Below are positions 9,592-19,552 of a stretch of 64,000 nt of DNA, in pieces (position 1 is the stretch's first letter; every line of letters begins with the position of its first letter). Under the pieces are notes generated by a model. That model saw only the letters and a program-made list of their open reading frames with translations. It ran no database searches and was not told the origin of the DNA. The translations under genes were made by a program, and so were the position numbers. This DNA is from Candidatus Bathyarchaeum tardum (lineage in GTDB: Archaea; Thermoproteota; Bathyarchaeia; Bathyarchaeales; Bathyarchaeaceae), in NCBI GenBank assembly GCA_024650005.2, contig CP122380.1, forward strand, positions 1,888,001 through 1,952,000, written 5' to 3'.

Positions 9592-12500
9592 ATGACCATG
9601 CCCGTACGTGATGATATTAAAAAAGTTATGATTATCGGTTCCGGACCAATTGTTATTGGGCAAGCTTGTGAGTTCGATTATTCTGGCACTCAAGCATGTA
9701 AAGCCTTGAAATCTTTAGGTTACCAGATTGTGTTAGTTAACTCAAATCCGGCAACAATTATGACTGACCCCGACATGGCAGATGCCACGTATATTGAGCC
9801 CCTTAATCTTGAGACAATGATTAAAATCATCAAGAAAGAACGACCGGATGCCCTACTACCAAATTTAGGTGGACAAACCGGACTTAACCTCAGTTCAAGT
9901 CTGTCACGTTGTGGAGTCCTAGAAAAATATGATATAAAGGTAATCGGCGTAGACCCGGAAGCTATACGTCGCGGCGAAGACCGTTTGGCTTTCAAAGAAA
10001 CAATGAAAGAACTGGGTATCGCTACTCCTCGGAGTAAAATTGCTTACAGCGTTAAGGATGCCGAATTAGTTGCTACCGAGCTTGGCTATCCAGTCATTGT
10101 CCGACCAGCCTTTACGATGGGGGGTACCGGCGGAGGTCTGGTATACAATGTCGAAGAGTTAAGGATAATTGCAAGCCGCGGTATCGCTGCCAGTATGGTT
10201 GGTCAGGTGTTAATTGAAGAATCGGTAGAAGGCTGGGAGGAACTAGAACTAGAAATCATCCGAGATGCAAAAAACCAGATTATTACCGTTTGTTTTATTG
10301 AAAATGTAGATGCCATGGGCGTTCACACTGGCGATTCTTTCTGTACTGCCCCCATGCTTACGATTAGTGAATCCCTTCAAAAACGCCTACAGGAGTATTC
10401 TTACAAGGTAGTAGAAAAGCTAGGAATTATCGGCGGTACAAATATACAATTTGCACACAACCCCAAAACAGGAAGGATAGTAATAATTGAAATCAATCCG
10501 CGCACTTCACGTTCTTCTGCATTGGCTTCGAAAGCCACCGGTTTCCCCATTGCCTTAATCTCAGCTAAATTAGCCGCCGGCGTGACTCTAGACGAGTTAC
10601 CATACTGGCGAGAAGGTACTCTGGAAAAATATACTCCTTCCGGAGATTACGTAGTGGTTAAGTTTCCCCGTTGGGCTTTTGAGAAATTCCGTGACGCAGA
10701 GGACCGGCTTGGTACCCAAATGCGCGCTGTCGGGGAGGTTATGAGTATCGGTAAAAATTATAAAGAAGCTTTCCAGAAGGCTATCAGGTCCTTAGAGATA
10801 GGACGGTCCGGGCTGGGATTTGCTAACGACTTCAATGAAAAATCACTTGAAGAATTAATGAAAATGCTTAGCTACGCTACCAGCGAAAGGCAATTTATTA
10901 TGTATGAAGCTCTGCGTAAAGGTGCAGATGTTCAGGAGCTTTATCGGAAAACTTTTATTAAGCCTTGGTTCATCCAGCAAATGAAAGAACTAGTAGAACA
11001 AGAAGAGAAAATCATTAGTTATAAAGGCAAAAAACTACCAAGTGATTTACTTATTCAGGCAAAGAAAGATGGATTTGCTGATAAATATATAGCCAAATTA
11101 CTAGCCGTAGATGAGGCGGAGGTACGCAAACAACGTGTTGAGTTAGGACTCTTGGAAGCATGGGACTTTGTTCCAGTCAGCGGCACAGAAAATGCTAGGT
11201 ATTACTATTCGACGTATAATGCACCGGATAATAACATAGTTAGCCAGCGACCGAAGGTGATGGTTTTAGGTGGAGGGCCTAACCGTATTGGTCAGGGTAT
11301 CGAATTTGATTACTGCTGTGTCCACGCCGCTTTTGCTCTGCGCGATATGGGTTACGAGACTATCATGGTAAACTGCAATCCTGAGACGGTGTCTACTGAC
11401 TACGATACTTCAGATAAACTGTATTTTGAGCCGCTGACCGTTGAGGACGTCTTGAGTATTTACCAAAAAGAAAAACCCATTGGAGTCATCGTCCAATTTG
11501 GCGGACAAACTCCACTCAATATTGCCGATGAACTGGAGAAATTTGGTGTGAAAATTCTGGGTACATCGGTTAACTCGATTGATATCGCCTCTGATCGCGG
11601 TCGTTTCAGTCAAATGATGCAAAAATACGGCATTCGAATGCCAGAGTCAGGTACCGCCATGAATCTTAAAGAGGCATTGGTTGTGGCGAAACGTATAGGC
11701 TACCCGCTTATCTTACGGCCTTCTTATGTGCTCGGTGGTCGCGGCATGGAAATAGTGCACGATGAAGATGAGTTGAAATTATATGTGGCGGCAGCTGTCG
11801 ACGTCACGCCAGACCGTAAAATCCTCATCGACCGCTTCCTAGAGAACGCTATCGAGGTCGAAGCTGATGCCATATCTGATGGAAGTGACGTCTTCATTCC
11901 GGAAATCATGGAACATATCGAATATGCAGGGGTTCATTCTGGAGATGCAGCTTGTGCAATTCCATCGGTCAGTATAAGTAGAAAGCATATAAACACTATT
12001 GAAGAATATACGCGACGTATCGCTAGCGAGCTTCAAGTAACTGGCGTAATTAACATCCAATATGCTATCTGTAAGGATATGGTCTATGTTCTTGAGGCAA
12101 ACCCACGTGCCTCCAGAACCGTTCCGTTGGTATCCAAAGTGTGCAACATACCTATGGCAAGTTTAGCCACACTCTTGATGATGGGAAAGAAAATAAAAGA
12201 TTTGAACCTGCAAAAGCGTTTAATTTCACATATTGGAGTTAAAGAAGCCGTATTTCCTTTCAATATGTTTCCGGAAGTCGACCCTGTTCTTGGACCAGAA
12301 ATGAAATCTACAGGTGAAGTGCTCGGTATCGCTAAATCATTCGGGTTGGCTTATTGGAAAGCTCAAGAGGCAGTAAATCCGTTGCCAACCACAGGAACAG
12401 TATTGATAACGATCGCTGAGCGTCATCGTTCCGCTTTAGTCAAAGATGTAGCCAAACAATTCATTAAAGCGGGCTTTAAATTAAAGGCTACTAAAGGTAC

Positions 12501-12801
12501 ACAAGCTTTTTTGGCTAGCTATGGTATCGTTTCTGAATCTATACTCAAGGAACATGAAGGACGACCTAATATCACTGATGCTATTAAAAATAAAGAGATA
12601 CAACTGGTGATAAATACTCCTTCAGGTAAACTGAGCGAGCATGATGATTCGTATATACGTAAAGCGGCAATTAAATATAAAGTGCCATACATCACGACAT
12701 TGACAGCTGCTATCGCCGCAGCTAAGGGCATTACCGCTTATTGTTTGGGAAAATCAGTTGTTAAATCTATTCAGCAATACCATGCCGCGTCCATACAGTA
12801 A
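9592..12801 (+). CDS. carB: Carbamoyl-phosphate synthase large subunit
   Basis: IGSGPIVIGQACEFDYSGTQA, duplicated ATP-grasp domains, GPNRIGQGIEFDY, C-terminal MGS-like domain; no carA in window. Confidence 0.97.
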   Translation: MTMPVRDDIKKVMIIGSGPIVIGQACEFDYSGTQACKALKSLGYQIVLVNSNPATIMTDPDMADATYIEPLNLETMIKIIKKERPDALLPNLGGQTGLNLSSSLSRCGVLEKYDIKVIGVDPEAIRRGEDRLAFKETMKELGIATPRSKIAYSVKDAELVATELGYPVIVRPAFTMGGTGGGLVYNVEELRIIASRGIAASMVGQVLIEESVEGWEELELEIIRDAKNQIITVCFIENVDAMGVHTGDSFCTAPMLTISESLQKRLQEYSYKVVEKLGIIGGTNIQFAHNPKTGRIVIIEINPRTSRSSALASKATGFPIALISAKLAAGVTLDELPYWREGTLEKYTPSGDYVVVKFPRWAFEKFRDAEDRLGTQMRAVGEVMSIGKNYKEAFQKAIRSLEIGRSGLGFANDFNEKSLEELMKMLSYATSERQFIMYEALRKGADVQELYRKTFIKPWFIQQMKELVEQEEKIISYKGKKLPSDLLIQAKKDGFADKYIAKLLAVDEAEVRKQRVELGLLEAWDFVPVSGTENARYYYSTYNAPDNNIVSQRPKVMVLGGGPNRIGQGIEFDYCCVHAAFALRDMGYETIMVNCNPETVSTDYDTSDKLYFEPLTVEDVLSIYQKEKPIGVIVQFGGQTPLNIADELEKFGVKILGTSVNSIDIASDRGRFSQMMQKYGIRMPESGTAMNLKEALVVAKRIGYPLILRPSYVLGGRGMEIVHDEDELKLYVAAAVDVTPDRKILIDRFLENAIEVEADAISDGSDVFIPEIMEHIEYAGVHSGDAACAIPSVSISRKHINTIEEYTRRIASELQVTGVINIQYAICKDMVYVLEANPRASRTVPLVSKVCNIPMASLATLLMMGKKIKDLNLQKRLISHIGVKEAVFPFNMFPEVDPVLGPEMKSTGEVLGIAKSFGLAYWKAQEAVNPLPTTGTVLITIAERHRSALVKDVAKQFIKAGFKLKATKGTQAFLASYGIVSESILKEHEGRPNITDAIKNKEIQLVINTPSGKLSEHDDSYIRKAAIKYKVPYITTLTAAIAAAKGITAYCLGKSVVKSIQQYHAASIQ

Positions 12802-12954
12802 GTGTTTTACTAGTAATCAGAAACGTGTTCAATTACGGATAATATCTACCAGTTTCAGAAAAGCCAAGAAGCAAAACCAATAAATCCTTAATTTCATCTT
12901 TTTTATGAAAATAACTCTTAATTAATCCCTATTTGTTAAAATACGCATTTTAGA

Positions 12955-12975
12955 GGGAGTCGTGGCGATTTGCAC
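12955..12975 (-). repeat. Degenerate copy of tRNA-Pro 3' end (att-like site 1)
   Basis: GGGAGTCGTGGCGATTTGCAC matches 15429-15449 at 16/21 and is followed by AGGG like the 8414 copy. Confidence 0.5.
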
Positions 12976-13241
12976 AGGGTCAAATGGGGATATCACCACT
13001 TGTTTTCTTGCAGAAAAACTCCCCTTTTTGTTTCATTTTTAGATTTCGAAAAAATGAACAGTATGAAGCTGGAGAAATAGACGTTTTGCCTATCAACGCT
13101 CAAATTGTGGTCATAAGAGTGAACAGAAACCAGTAGAGGTTAGATTGGCTTGAAAGATTATTAGCGTGACGTTCTTTGCAAAACAATATTGGTAATACTT
13201 GAGAAAAGCAATGTGCATCATGCTGCCTTAGAAAAAAGTTA

Positions 13242-13439
13242 ATGCTTCAGCGTGCCCGTTTGTCACCACTAATGCCTTCAAATCCCAACTTCAGGGCTCC
13301 TGAAACATACACGATTACAGTCAGCGACGTGGACGGTTATGACTTTGATTATTTCACATATAATGGCATGACTTTAGGTCGACCTGCAACAATACAACTC
13401 ACTGAAGATGGCGTATTTACAGCACATTATAGTCCGTAA
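13242..13439 (+). pseudogene. C-terminal fragment of a surface/extracellular beta-rich protein
   Basis: ETYTITVSDVDGYDFDYF...TIQLTEDGVFTAHY resembles an Ig/B-repeat-like module end; N-terminus looks non-coding. Confidence 0.35.
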
Positions 13440-13568
13440 TCCACCAGTGCACTCAAACAGAACTTAAATTCCCTTTTCTTTTTTGCTATAAACCGAATGT
13501 GTTGTTAGTTTTGTTTCCATCACACGTGGTTTTCTGTCAAAACAATATTTCCAAGAATAATTAAATTG

Positions 13569-13584
13569 GTCAAGAAAGTTTGAC
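13569..13584. promoter_or_regulatory. Operator GTCAA-N6-TTGAC next to a BRE/TATA-like sequence
   Basis: GTCAAGAAAGTTTGAC, identical 16-mer at 34069-34084 upstream of a paralog. Confidence 0.7.
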
Positions 13585-13632
13585 AAAAAACCTCTTATTT
13601 GAAACTTTCAAAACTTAATTAGGAGAAAAACT

Positions 13633-14754
13633 ATGCTATCTAAAAAATTATTTTTAATAGCTGTAATTATTTTAGTTTGGATTAGTTTTCCTTCTGTTGG
13701 CGCTTCATCTAATGTTTGGAGACAATTTTACGAAACTGACCAAAATCAGAGTGTTTATTCAATGATTGCCACAATGGATGGGGGATACGCACTAGCTGGA
13801 GGATATGGCAATATTAATGATTTTTGGCTAGTCAAAATTGATCAGGGCGGAAACATTCAATGGAACAGAACATATGGGGGAGAAAAAAAGGATTACGCAA
13901 CAGGCATAGTTGAAACTGGCGATGGAGGATACGCACTAGCTGGTTCCACACAATCTTTTGGTCAAGGTGAGGAAGATTTTTGGTTGGTAAAAACTGACGC
14001 TGATGGAAACATGCAATGGAACAGGACATATGGAGGACCAAATTCGGAAGAAGTTTACTCTATTGTTAAAGTTTCAGATGGAGGATATGCCTTGGCAGGT
14101 GATGGATTGTTTGTGAAAACTGATGTTTATGGAAACATGGAATGGAACAAAACAATAATCGGAGATAAAGTTCGAGCAATGATCCAATCCTCTGATGGAG
14201 GATATATCCTGGCTGGGCGCCTCTGGTTAATGAAAATAGATTCCGCAGGATTGATGGAGTGGAAGAAGACCTATGAGGAAACAGGAATAGTCTATTTCAG
14301 TCATGGACTAATTGAGACTCCTGATGGAGGTTATGCAAAAATTGGGGCGGGATTACTGATAAAAACCGATGAATATGGCAATATGGAGTGGAATCAGACA
14401 TACCATGGAAATCTAGCCTTTTCGTTGATTAATACATCTGATGGAGGATATGCTTTTGTTCTTGACAGTCAATTGATTAAAACTGATACACAAGGAAATG
14501 TAGTATGGAGCGAACGATATGAACCCAGATATGAATGGTCAATTCTACACCTATCTTCAGTGATTGAGACCTCTGATGGAGGATACATCATTGCAGGTAA
14601 CCTTTTTGAGTTTTTCACTGGGAAATCAGTGATTTTGTTAGGTAAGACAGATGAATATGGCATTATTCCAGAGTTTCCGTTATGGACTGCTCTTCCATTA
14701 GTTATTGCCGTAGTGCTTGTAACCGTAATCTACAGAAAAAAGTTAACCGATTAA
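13633..14754 (+). CDS. Secreted beta-propeller-like repeat protein with PEF-CTERM
   Basis: Repeated W.RTYGG...T.DGGY.LAG...FWLVKTD..GN..W units; C-terminal IIPEFP-TM-RKK. Confidence 0.8.
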   Translation: MLSKKLFLIAVIILVWISFPSVGASSNVWRQFYETDQNQSVYSMIATMDGGYALAGGYGNINDFWLVKIDQGGNIQWNRTYGGEKKDYATGIVETGDGGYALAGSTQSFGQGEEDFWLVKTDADGNMQWNRTYGGPNSEEVYSIVKVSDGGYALAGDGLFVKTDVYGNMEWNKTIIGDKVRAMIQSSDGGYILAGRLWLMKIDSAGLMEWKKTYEETGIVYFSHGLIETPDGGYAKIGAGLLIKTDEYGNMEWNQTYHGNLAFSLINTSDGGYAFVLDSQLIKTDTQGNVVWSERYEPRYEWSILHLSSVIETSDGGYIIAGNLFEFFTGKSVILLGKTDEYGIIPEFPLWTALPLVIAVVLVTVIYRKKLTD

Positions 14755-14904
14755 CATTTCTGTTGAAGACAAATACCTTACCTTTTGAAACATAAAGAGC
14801 ATAAACAAATTTTAGAAAATATCATATAATTACTGTGTATTTTCATCATAGATGTTTTTCAAGGGTTTTTTTCGCTAAAACAGCTTAAATCTTCCTTATT
14901 TCAG

Positions 14905-15408
14905 AGATTAAACTGTAAATTACGCATATTTTCTGACTTTGAAAAAAGAACAGTATCTATAACTCCAAAAAAATTAAGCAACCCACGAGTTCTAGCAATC
15001 TCAAACGAATTAATAATTATGCTGAATAGATTGCCTCAAATTTCTGACAATGCATTCAATGGATCACTCAGACATTTCGCACGAAGCTTCAGAAGACAAA
15101 GAAAAAAAATCGCCTACAAACTTCAGAATCAGCGGATAAATAGCATAACATTTCATACCCTACGCCATTGGAAAGCAACAATGGAATACCACAAAACCAA
15201 AGATATACTCCATGTAAAACAAGTCCTTGGACACAAAAGCATCAACTCAACATTGCTCTACACACAACTAGTGAGCTTCAAAGAAACTGATTACCATGTA
15301 AGAGTCGCTTCTAATGTCAATGAAGCTTGTGAGCTAGTGAAGTCAGGATTCCAATATGTGACAGGAGAATACATTGATGGTGGAAAGATTTTCAGAAAAC
15401 CAAAATAA
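14905..15408 (+). pseudogene. 5'-truncated tyrosine recombinase/integrase
   Basis: In-frame DFEKRTVSITPKKLSNPR upstream of the ORF, FHTLRHW (HxxR), VLGH, TLLY (catalytic Tyr); N-terminal half missing; ends 17 bp before the tRNA 3' end; 5' boundary approximate. Confidence 0.85.
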
Positions 15409-15425
15409 ATGTCCCCTTCCCCACG

Positions 15426-15504
15426 TGGTGGGGTCGCGGGGATTTGAACCCCGGACCTCGCGCGCCCCGGGCGCGAATCTTAGTCCATGCTAGACCACGA
15501 CCCC
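15426..15504 (-). tRNA. tRNA-Pro(GGG), CCA encoded, atypical C33
   Basis: Cloverleaf GGGGTCG/CGACCCC-ACCA, anticodon arm CGCGC-CCGGGGC-GCGCG, GTTCAAATC T-loop. Confidence 0.88.
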
Positions 15505-15665
15505 ATTTCGATAGACCAGGACCCTAAGAAGGACCGCTTTTGCTTGCGAAAGAGTTTGCCGCCGTCTTTGTATTCGCCTGTTGTGTACTCGTAGCCGTTC
15601 TCTATTAGTTCAGCTGCTTCTTTAACGTTCCTTGCAATCTTAACGATAAACCTTTCGTCGCCATG
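15480..15665 (-). pseudogene. Integrase C-terminal tail remnant reading into tRNA-Pro 5' end
   Basis: DERFIVKIARNVKEAAELIENGYEYTTGEYKDGGKLFRKQK is homologous to the tail of the + strand integrase. Confidence 0.75.
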
Positions 15666-15844
15666 ACGAGTTCTACAATGTCGAGTATATGTTTTTGTGT
15701 TTTTGATAATGCTTATGGAGATTATAACCCAAATTTCTTTTTTTTGCTCCACTTCGGTCAACAGACAAAGAAGGTTGATATTCTAGTCAATTTAGACAAG
15801 GTTTTTATAAATAAAAAAGAACTAGTAATCATCAGGGATTTATA

Positions 15845-16111
15845 ATGAGCGTGACTGAGTACGCAATTTGCCCAATATGCAAAAAAGAAGTCTTGTTACC
15901 TTTTTCGATTTGTGCGAATGAATGCAATGAAATCAAGGAAAAGACATATGGAAGTTGGGTGTGCACAAATTGCGGATTTTGTATTTCAACAGGGGATTCC
16001 AAAGCGTCTAATCCTAAACATGACATTACTGCTGTTTTTCTTAATGAATTTGCAATAAAAATCGAAGAATTAAGAAAAGTCTACTATAAAAAAGGAAATA
16101 TTGTGAAATGA
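15845..16111 (+). CDS. Small Cys-rich (zinc-ribbon-like) protein
   Basis: CPIC...CTNCG pairs; TTTATA box upstream. Confidence 0.6.
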   Translation: MSVTEYAICPICKKEVLLPFSICANECNEIKEKTYGSWVCTNCGFCISTGDSKASNPKHDITAVFLNEFAIKIEELRKVYYKKGNIVK

Positions 16112-16283
16112 ATAACTGGGATAAGTATTTCTGCATCAGATGAAAGAATAATAAAAATTCTGTTTGACACCAGTTAAAGCGAAAAGATTATCAATATGTG
16201 AGTCTTTGTTTTAAAACAAAATTGGAAATGATTTTAAAAACAATGAACGGCAATTGTAAATCAGTTTCTGGTGAATTCATCTT

Positions 16284-18980
16284 ATGAAACAGAAACCGTG
16301 GGCTCATGACCCAGCCAAAAATTTAGCGAGGTTGAATGTTTCAAAAGAAAGTGGCCTTGAAGAAAATGAGGTTTTGAAAAGGCACAGTAAATATGGAAAA
16401 AACATTTTGGTTAGTGCTAAAAAACGAAGCCTATGGGAAATCCTTGTTGAACAATTCAAATCGTTGTTAATTGTGTTACTTCTTGTTGCAACTCTGATAT
16501 CAATAGTTTTTGGGGAAATTACTCAAGGGATTGCTATAGCAGTAGTTTTGGCTATAAATACTGCAATTGGCTTTTTTACGGAACTGAAAGCTGTACGTTC
16601 GGTAGAGGCACTTCGAAAAATTGGGCAAGTTAAAACCAAAGTCCGACGCAAAGGTCAAGTTAAAGAGGTACCTGCTGAAGAGCTCGTGCCTGGAGATATT
16701 GTTATTCTCGAAGCTGGAGACATAGTAACTGCCGATATTCGACTGCTTGAGGCATCAAAGCTACAGGCTGATGAATCAACACTCACTGGAGAATCATTAC
16801 CAGTGGGAAAGAGTATTGAATCGATTGAGCCTGAAGTGCCTCTTGCTGACCGTTCAAATATGTTATTCAAAGGAACATCAGTCATTAGGGGTAGCGGAGA
16901 GGGGGTAGTTGTAAGCATTGGTATGGAGACTGAGTTAGGCAAAATTGGCTCATTGGTTGAAGCGGTGGAGGAACAGGAAACTCCGTTAGAACGTAAACTG
17001 GAATCTTTTGGACGAAAAATGTTTGCTGTCATAATGGTTGTTGCTGTAGCTGTTACAATAATAGGGATAATCTCTGGAAGAGACGTATTGGTTATGGTGG
17101 AAACCGGGATAGCTTTAGCTATCGCAACAGTTCCTGAAGGGTTACCCGTTGTTGCTACAATTGCTTTAGCTCGCGGAGTTTGGCGCATGGCACAACGAAA
17201 CGCGTTAATAAATCGTCTTTCTTCGGTAGAAACATTAGGCACTACCACAGTGATTGACACCGATAAAACTGGAACGTTAACAGAAAACCAGATGACTGTG
17301 GCCAATATTGCTTTAGATTCTTTTGAGATAGAAATAAGTGGCGAAGGACTTCAGACAGATGGAAAATTTATTATAAAAGGCTCAAGAATTGAGCCAAGAG
17401 ATCAAAAAGTTCTGAAGGAACTCATTATCAATGGCATGTTATGTAACAACGCATCTTTAAACACTGATGCAGAAGGAAAAATTGAAGCAAGCGGAGAGCC
17501 ACTAGAAGTTGCTCTTCTTGTAGCTGGAGCAAAAGCGGGTCTCGAAAGAAAGAAGCTTCTAGAGAAGTTGCCTGAAGTAGAGGAAAAGGCTTTTGACCCA
17601 GATATTAAGATGATGGCAACAGTTCACAGAGAAGATAAAAAATATCGATTTGCGGTGAAGGGCGCGCCAGAAAGCCTTTTTGATGTTTCCACCCATGTTT
17701 TAACGGAAGATGGAAAAAAACCGTTTACTAATGAAATCAAAGAAAAATGGCAAAAACAAACGGACAAGATGGCTAAAGATGGTTTACGGTTGTTGGCTGT
17801 TGCCACCAAAACGATGGAATCTAAAGAAGCTGATGCATATCAGGATCTTTCTCTATTGGGTGTAGTTGGTATGTTAGATCCACCACGTAAAGGTGTGAAA
17901 GAAGCTCTTAAACTATGTAAGAATGCTGGCATATCTGTTGTAATGGTAACTGGTGATCACCCTCAAACTGCCAAAAACATTGCTTTGAAAGTTGGGCTTA
18001 TTGATGATGATCAGTCATATACTGTTTTAGGGCAAGAATTAGCAGACGTCGAAAAGCTGTCGGAGGCAGAAAAGAAACGATTATTAGAAGCACCTATTTT
18101 TGCTAGAGTTAGCCCAGAACAAAAGTTGAATTTGGTTTCTCTTCAACAAAGAAGTGGCGCAGTTGTGGCCATGACAGGAGATGGAGTGAATGATGCTCCT
18201 GCGCTAAAGAAAGCAGACATCGGGATTGCTATGGGTCAGAGAGGAACACAAGTAGCAAGAGAAGCAGCAGACATGGTCCTTAAAGATGATAATTTTTCGT
18301 CTATAATTTCGGCGATTCACTCAGGGCGGGAAATATTCAATAATATTCGCAATTTTGTGTTTTATTTGCTTTCCTGTAATGTAAGCGAAGTCATGATTAT
18401 CACGATAGCAACATTGCTTGGTTTGCAGTTGCCAATTTTGCCGCTTCAAATTCTTTATTTAAACATGATTACCGACGTTTTTCCAGCTCTCGCACTTGGG
18501 GTAGGAAAAGGAGACATAAATATAATGAATCGCCCTCCCCGAAATCCAGACGAGTCCCTATTGAGGAAATCACATTGGCGAGACATGCTTATTTATGGAG
18601 GTATCATGGCGGCATCAGTTATTGTTGCTTTCGTTTTGTCATTAACTTGGTTTGGTTTTGATTATCAAACTTCAGTAACTATTTCTTTTTTGACGCTTGC
18701 TTTTACTCAGTTAGTACATGTTTTTAATATGCGTGATGATGCTTCGGGGTTTTTGCATAATAATATTTCATCTAACCGCTATGTTTGGATTGCTTTAGCC
18801 CTTTGTACAGCATTGCTTTTAATTACCCCCTATTTTGCTCCGTTAGCTGCAGCCCTAAAAGTAAATAAACTTAATTCGATAGGTTGGAGTTTGGTCGCTG
18901 TTTTCAGCACCTTAGTCTGGATTATTGGTCAAATTAGCATAGAGGTTAGAAAAAAATTCAAAAAAACTGGAAAACGCTAA
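16284..18980 (+). CDS. Cation-transporting P-type ATPase (type IIA, Ca2+-like)
   Basis: TGES, PEGL, DKTGTLT, KGAPE, TGDGVNDAPALK motifs. Confidence 0.95.
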   Translation: MKQKPWAHDPAKNLARLNVSKESGLEENEVLKRHSKYGKNILVSAKKRSLWEILVEQFKSLLIVLLLVATLISIVFGEITQGIAIAVVLAINTAIGFFTELKAVRSVEALRKIGQVKTKVRRKGQVKEVPAEELVPGDIVILEAGDIVTADIRLLEASKLQADESTLTGESLPVGKSIESIEPEVPLADRSNMLFKGTSVIRGSGEGVVVSIGMETELGKIGSLVEAVEEQETPLERKLESFGRKMFAVIMVVAVAVTIIGIISGRDVLVMVETGIALAIATVPEGLPVVATIALARGVWRMAQRNALINRLSSVETLGTTTVIDTDKTGTLTENQMTVANIALDSFEIEISGEGLQTDGKFIIKGSRIEPRDQKVLKELIINGMLCNNASLNTDAEGKIEASGEPLEVALLVAGAKAGLERKKLLEKLPEVEEKAFDPDIKMMATVHREDKKYRFAVKGAPESLFDVSTHVLTEDGKKPFTNEIKEKWQKQTDKMAKDGLRLLAVATKTMESKEADAYQDLSLLGVVGMLDPPRKGVKEALKLCKNAGISVVMVTGDHPQTAKNIALKVGLIDDDQSYTVLGQELADVEKLSEAEKKRLLEAPIFARVSPEQKLNLVSLQQRSGAVVAMTGDGVNDAPALKKADIGIAMGQRGTQVAREAADMVLKDDNFSSIISAIHSGREIFNNIRNFVFYLLSCNVSEVMIITIATLLGLQLPILPLQILYLNMITDVFPALALGVGKGDINIMNRPPRNPDESLLRKSHWRDMLIYGGIMAASVIVAFVLSLTWFGFDYQTSVTISFLTLAFTQLVHVFNMRDDASGFLHNNISSNRYVWIALALCTALLLITPYFAPLAAALKVNKLNSIGWSLVAVFSTLVWIIGQISIEVRKKFKKTGKR

Positions 18981-19094
18981 CCCTTTGCTCGCAGGGGGAA
19001 CTTGTTTTATGTACACTTTTGATTGCTGTTTTCAGTTTTCGATTTACAGGCTGTCTATCAATCTGCAAAGCAAAGAATAAACAAACAACACCGC

Positions 19095-19300
19095 TAGGAA
19101 ATAGTAGTACTTTAAGAAACATGGTTATCTGTTTGCTACAACCGCCAATCAATGAATTAATTTCTTGTTTTGTGGGCATAGCCGGCAGTTTTTCTACTGT
19201 TTTATATTTTTGTTTTTCCCAAGGGTAAGGCGTCCATCTTTCCGTACATTAAATATTAGTTAACAACGATTTTTTTCATAGTTTTAGGTAAAAATTTTTT
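19095..19300 (-). pseudogene. Integrase middle/N-terminal remnant
   Basis: WEKQKYKTVEKLPAMPTKQEINSLIGGCSKQITMFLKVL resembles the linker and first helices preceding the catalytic Arg of archaeal tyrosine integrases; stops/frameshift upstream; boundaries approximate. Confidence 0.55.
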
Positions 19301-19552
19301 CGTAAGTTCATGCATCGCCAATGAATTTGTTCTCAACAGCAAAACAAATGATAAAATGTTTGACAACAAAAAAAGGAGAAAAGGAAATTTCCACTATGTT
19401 TCCTAATTGATTTTTTGCAGATTACAAACGATTGCGAATCATTCTATTTTGGGCGGATCTTGGCATCTGTGATGTAGTCCTAGAAATTTAGCAAGCGTGG
19501 CAGGATATTCTGTTGAAAGTTCCGTCAGTAAGGGAATGTTTAAATTATTCCA

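Noticed and set aside
13633-14754. Nucleotide repeats (GGATACGCACTAGCTGG, TGGAACAG.ACATATGG) as a possible array or DGR
   Set aside because: They encode in-frame protein repeats; no reverse transcriptase or adenine-specific variation
16655-17305. Long antisense ORFs (also 27512-27976, 60120-60488, 19792-20205)
   Set aside because: Shadow frames of well-supported genes on the opposite strand
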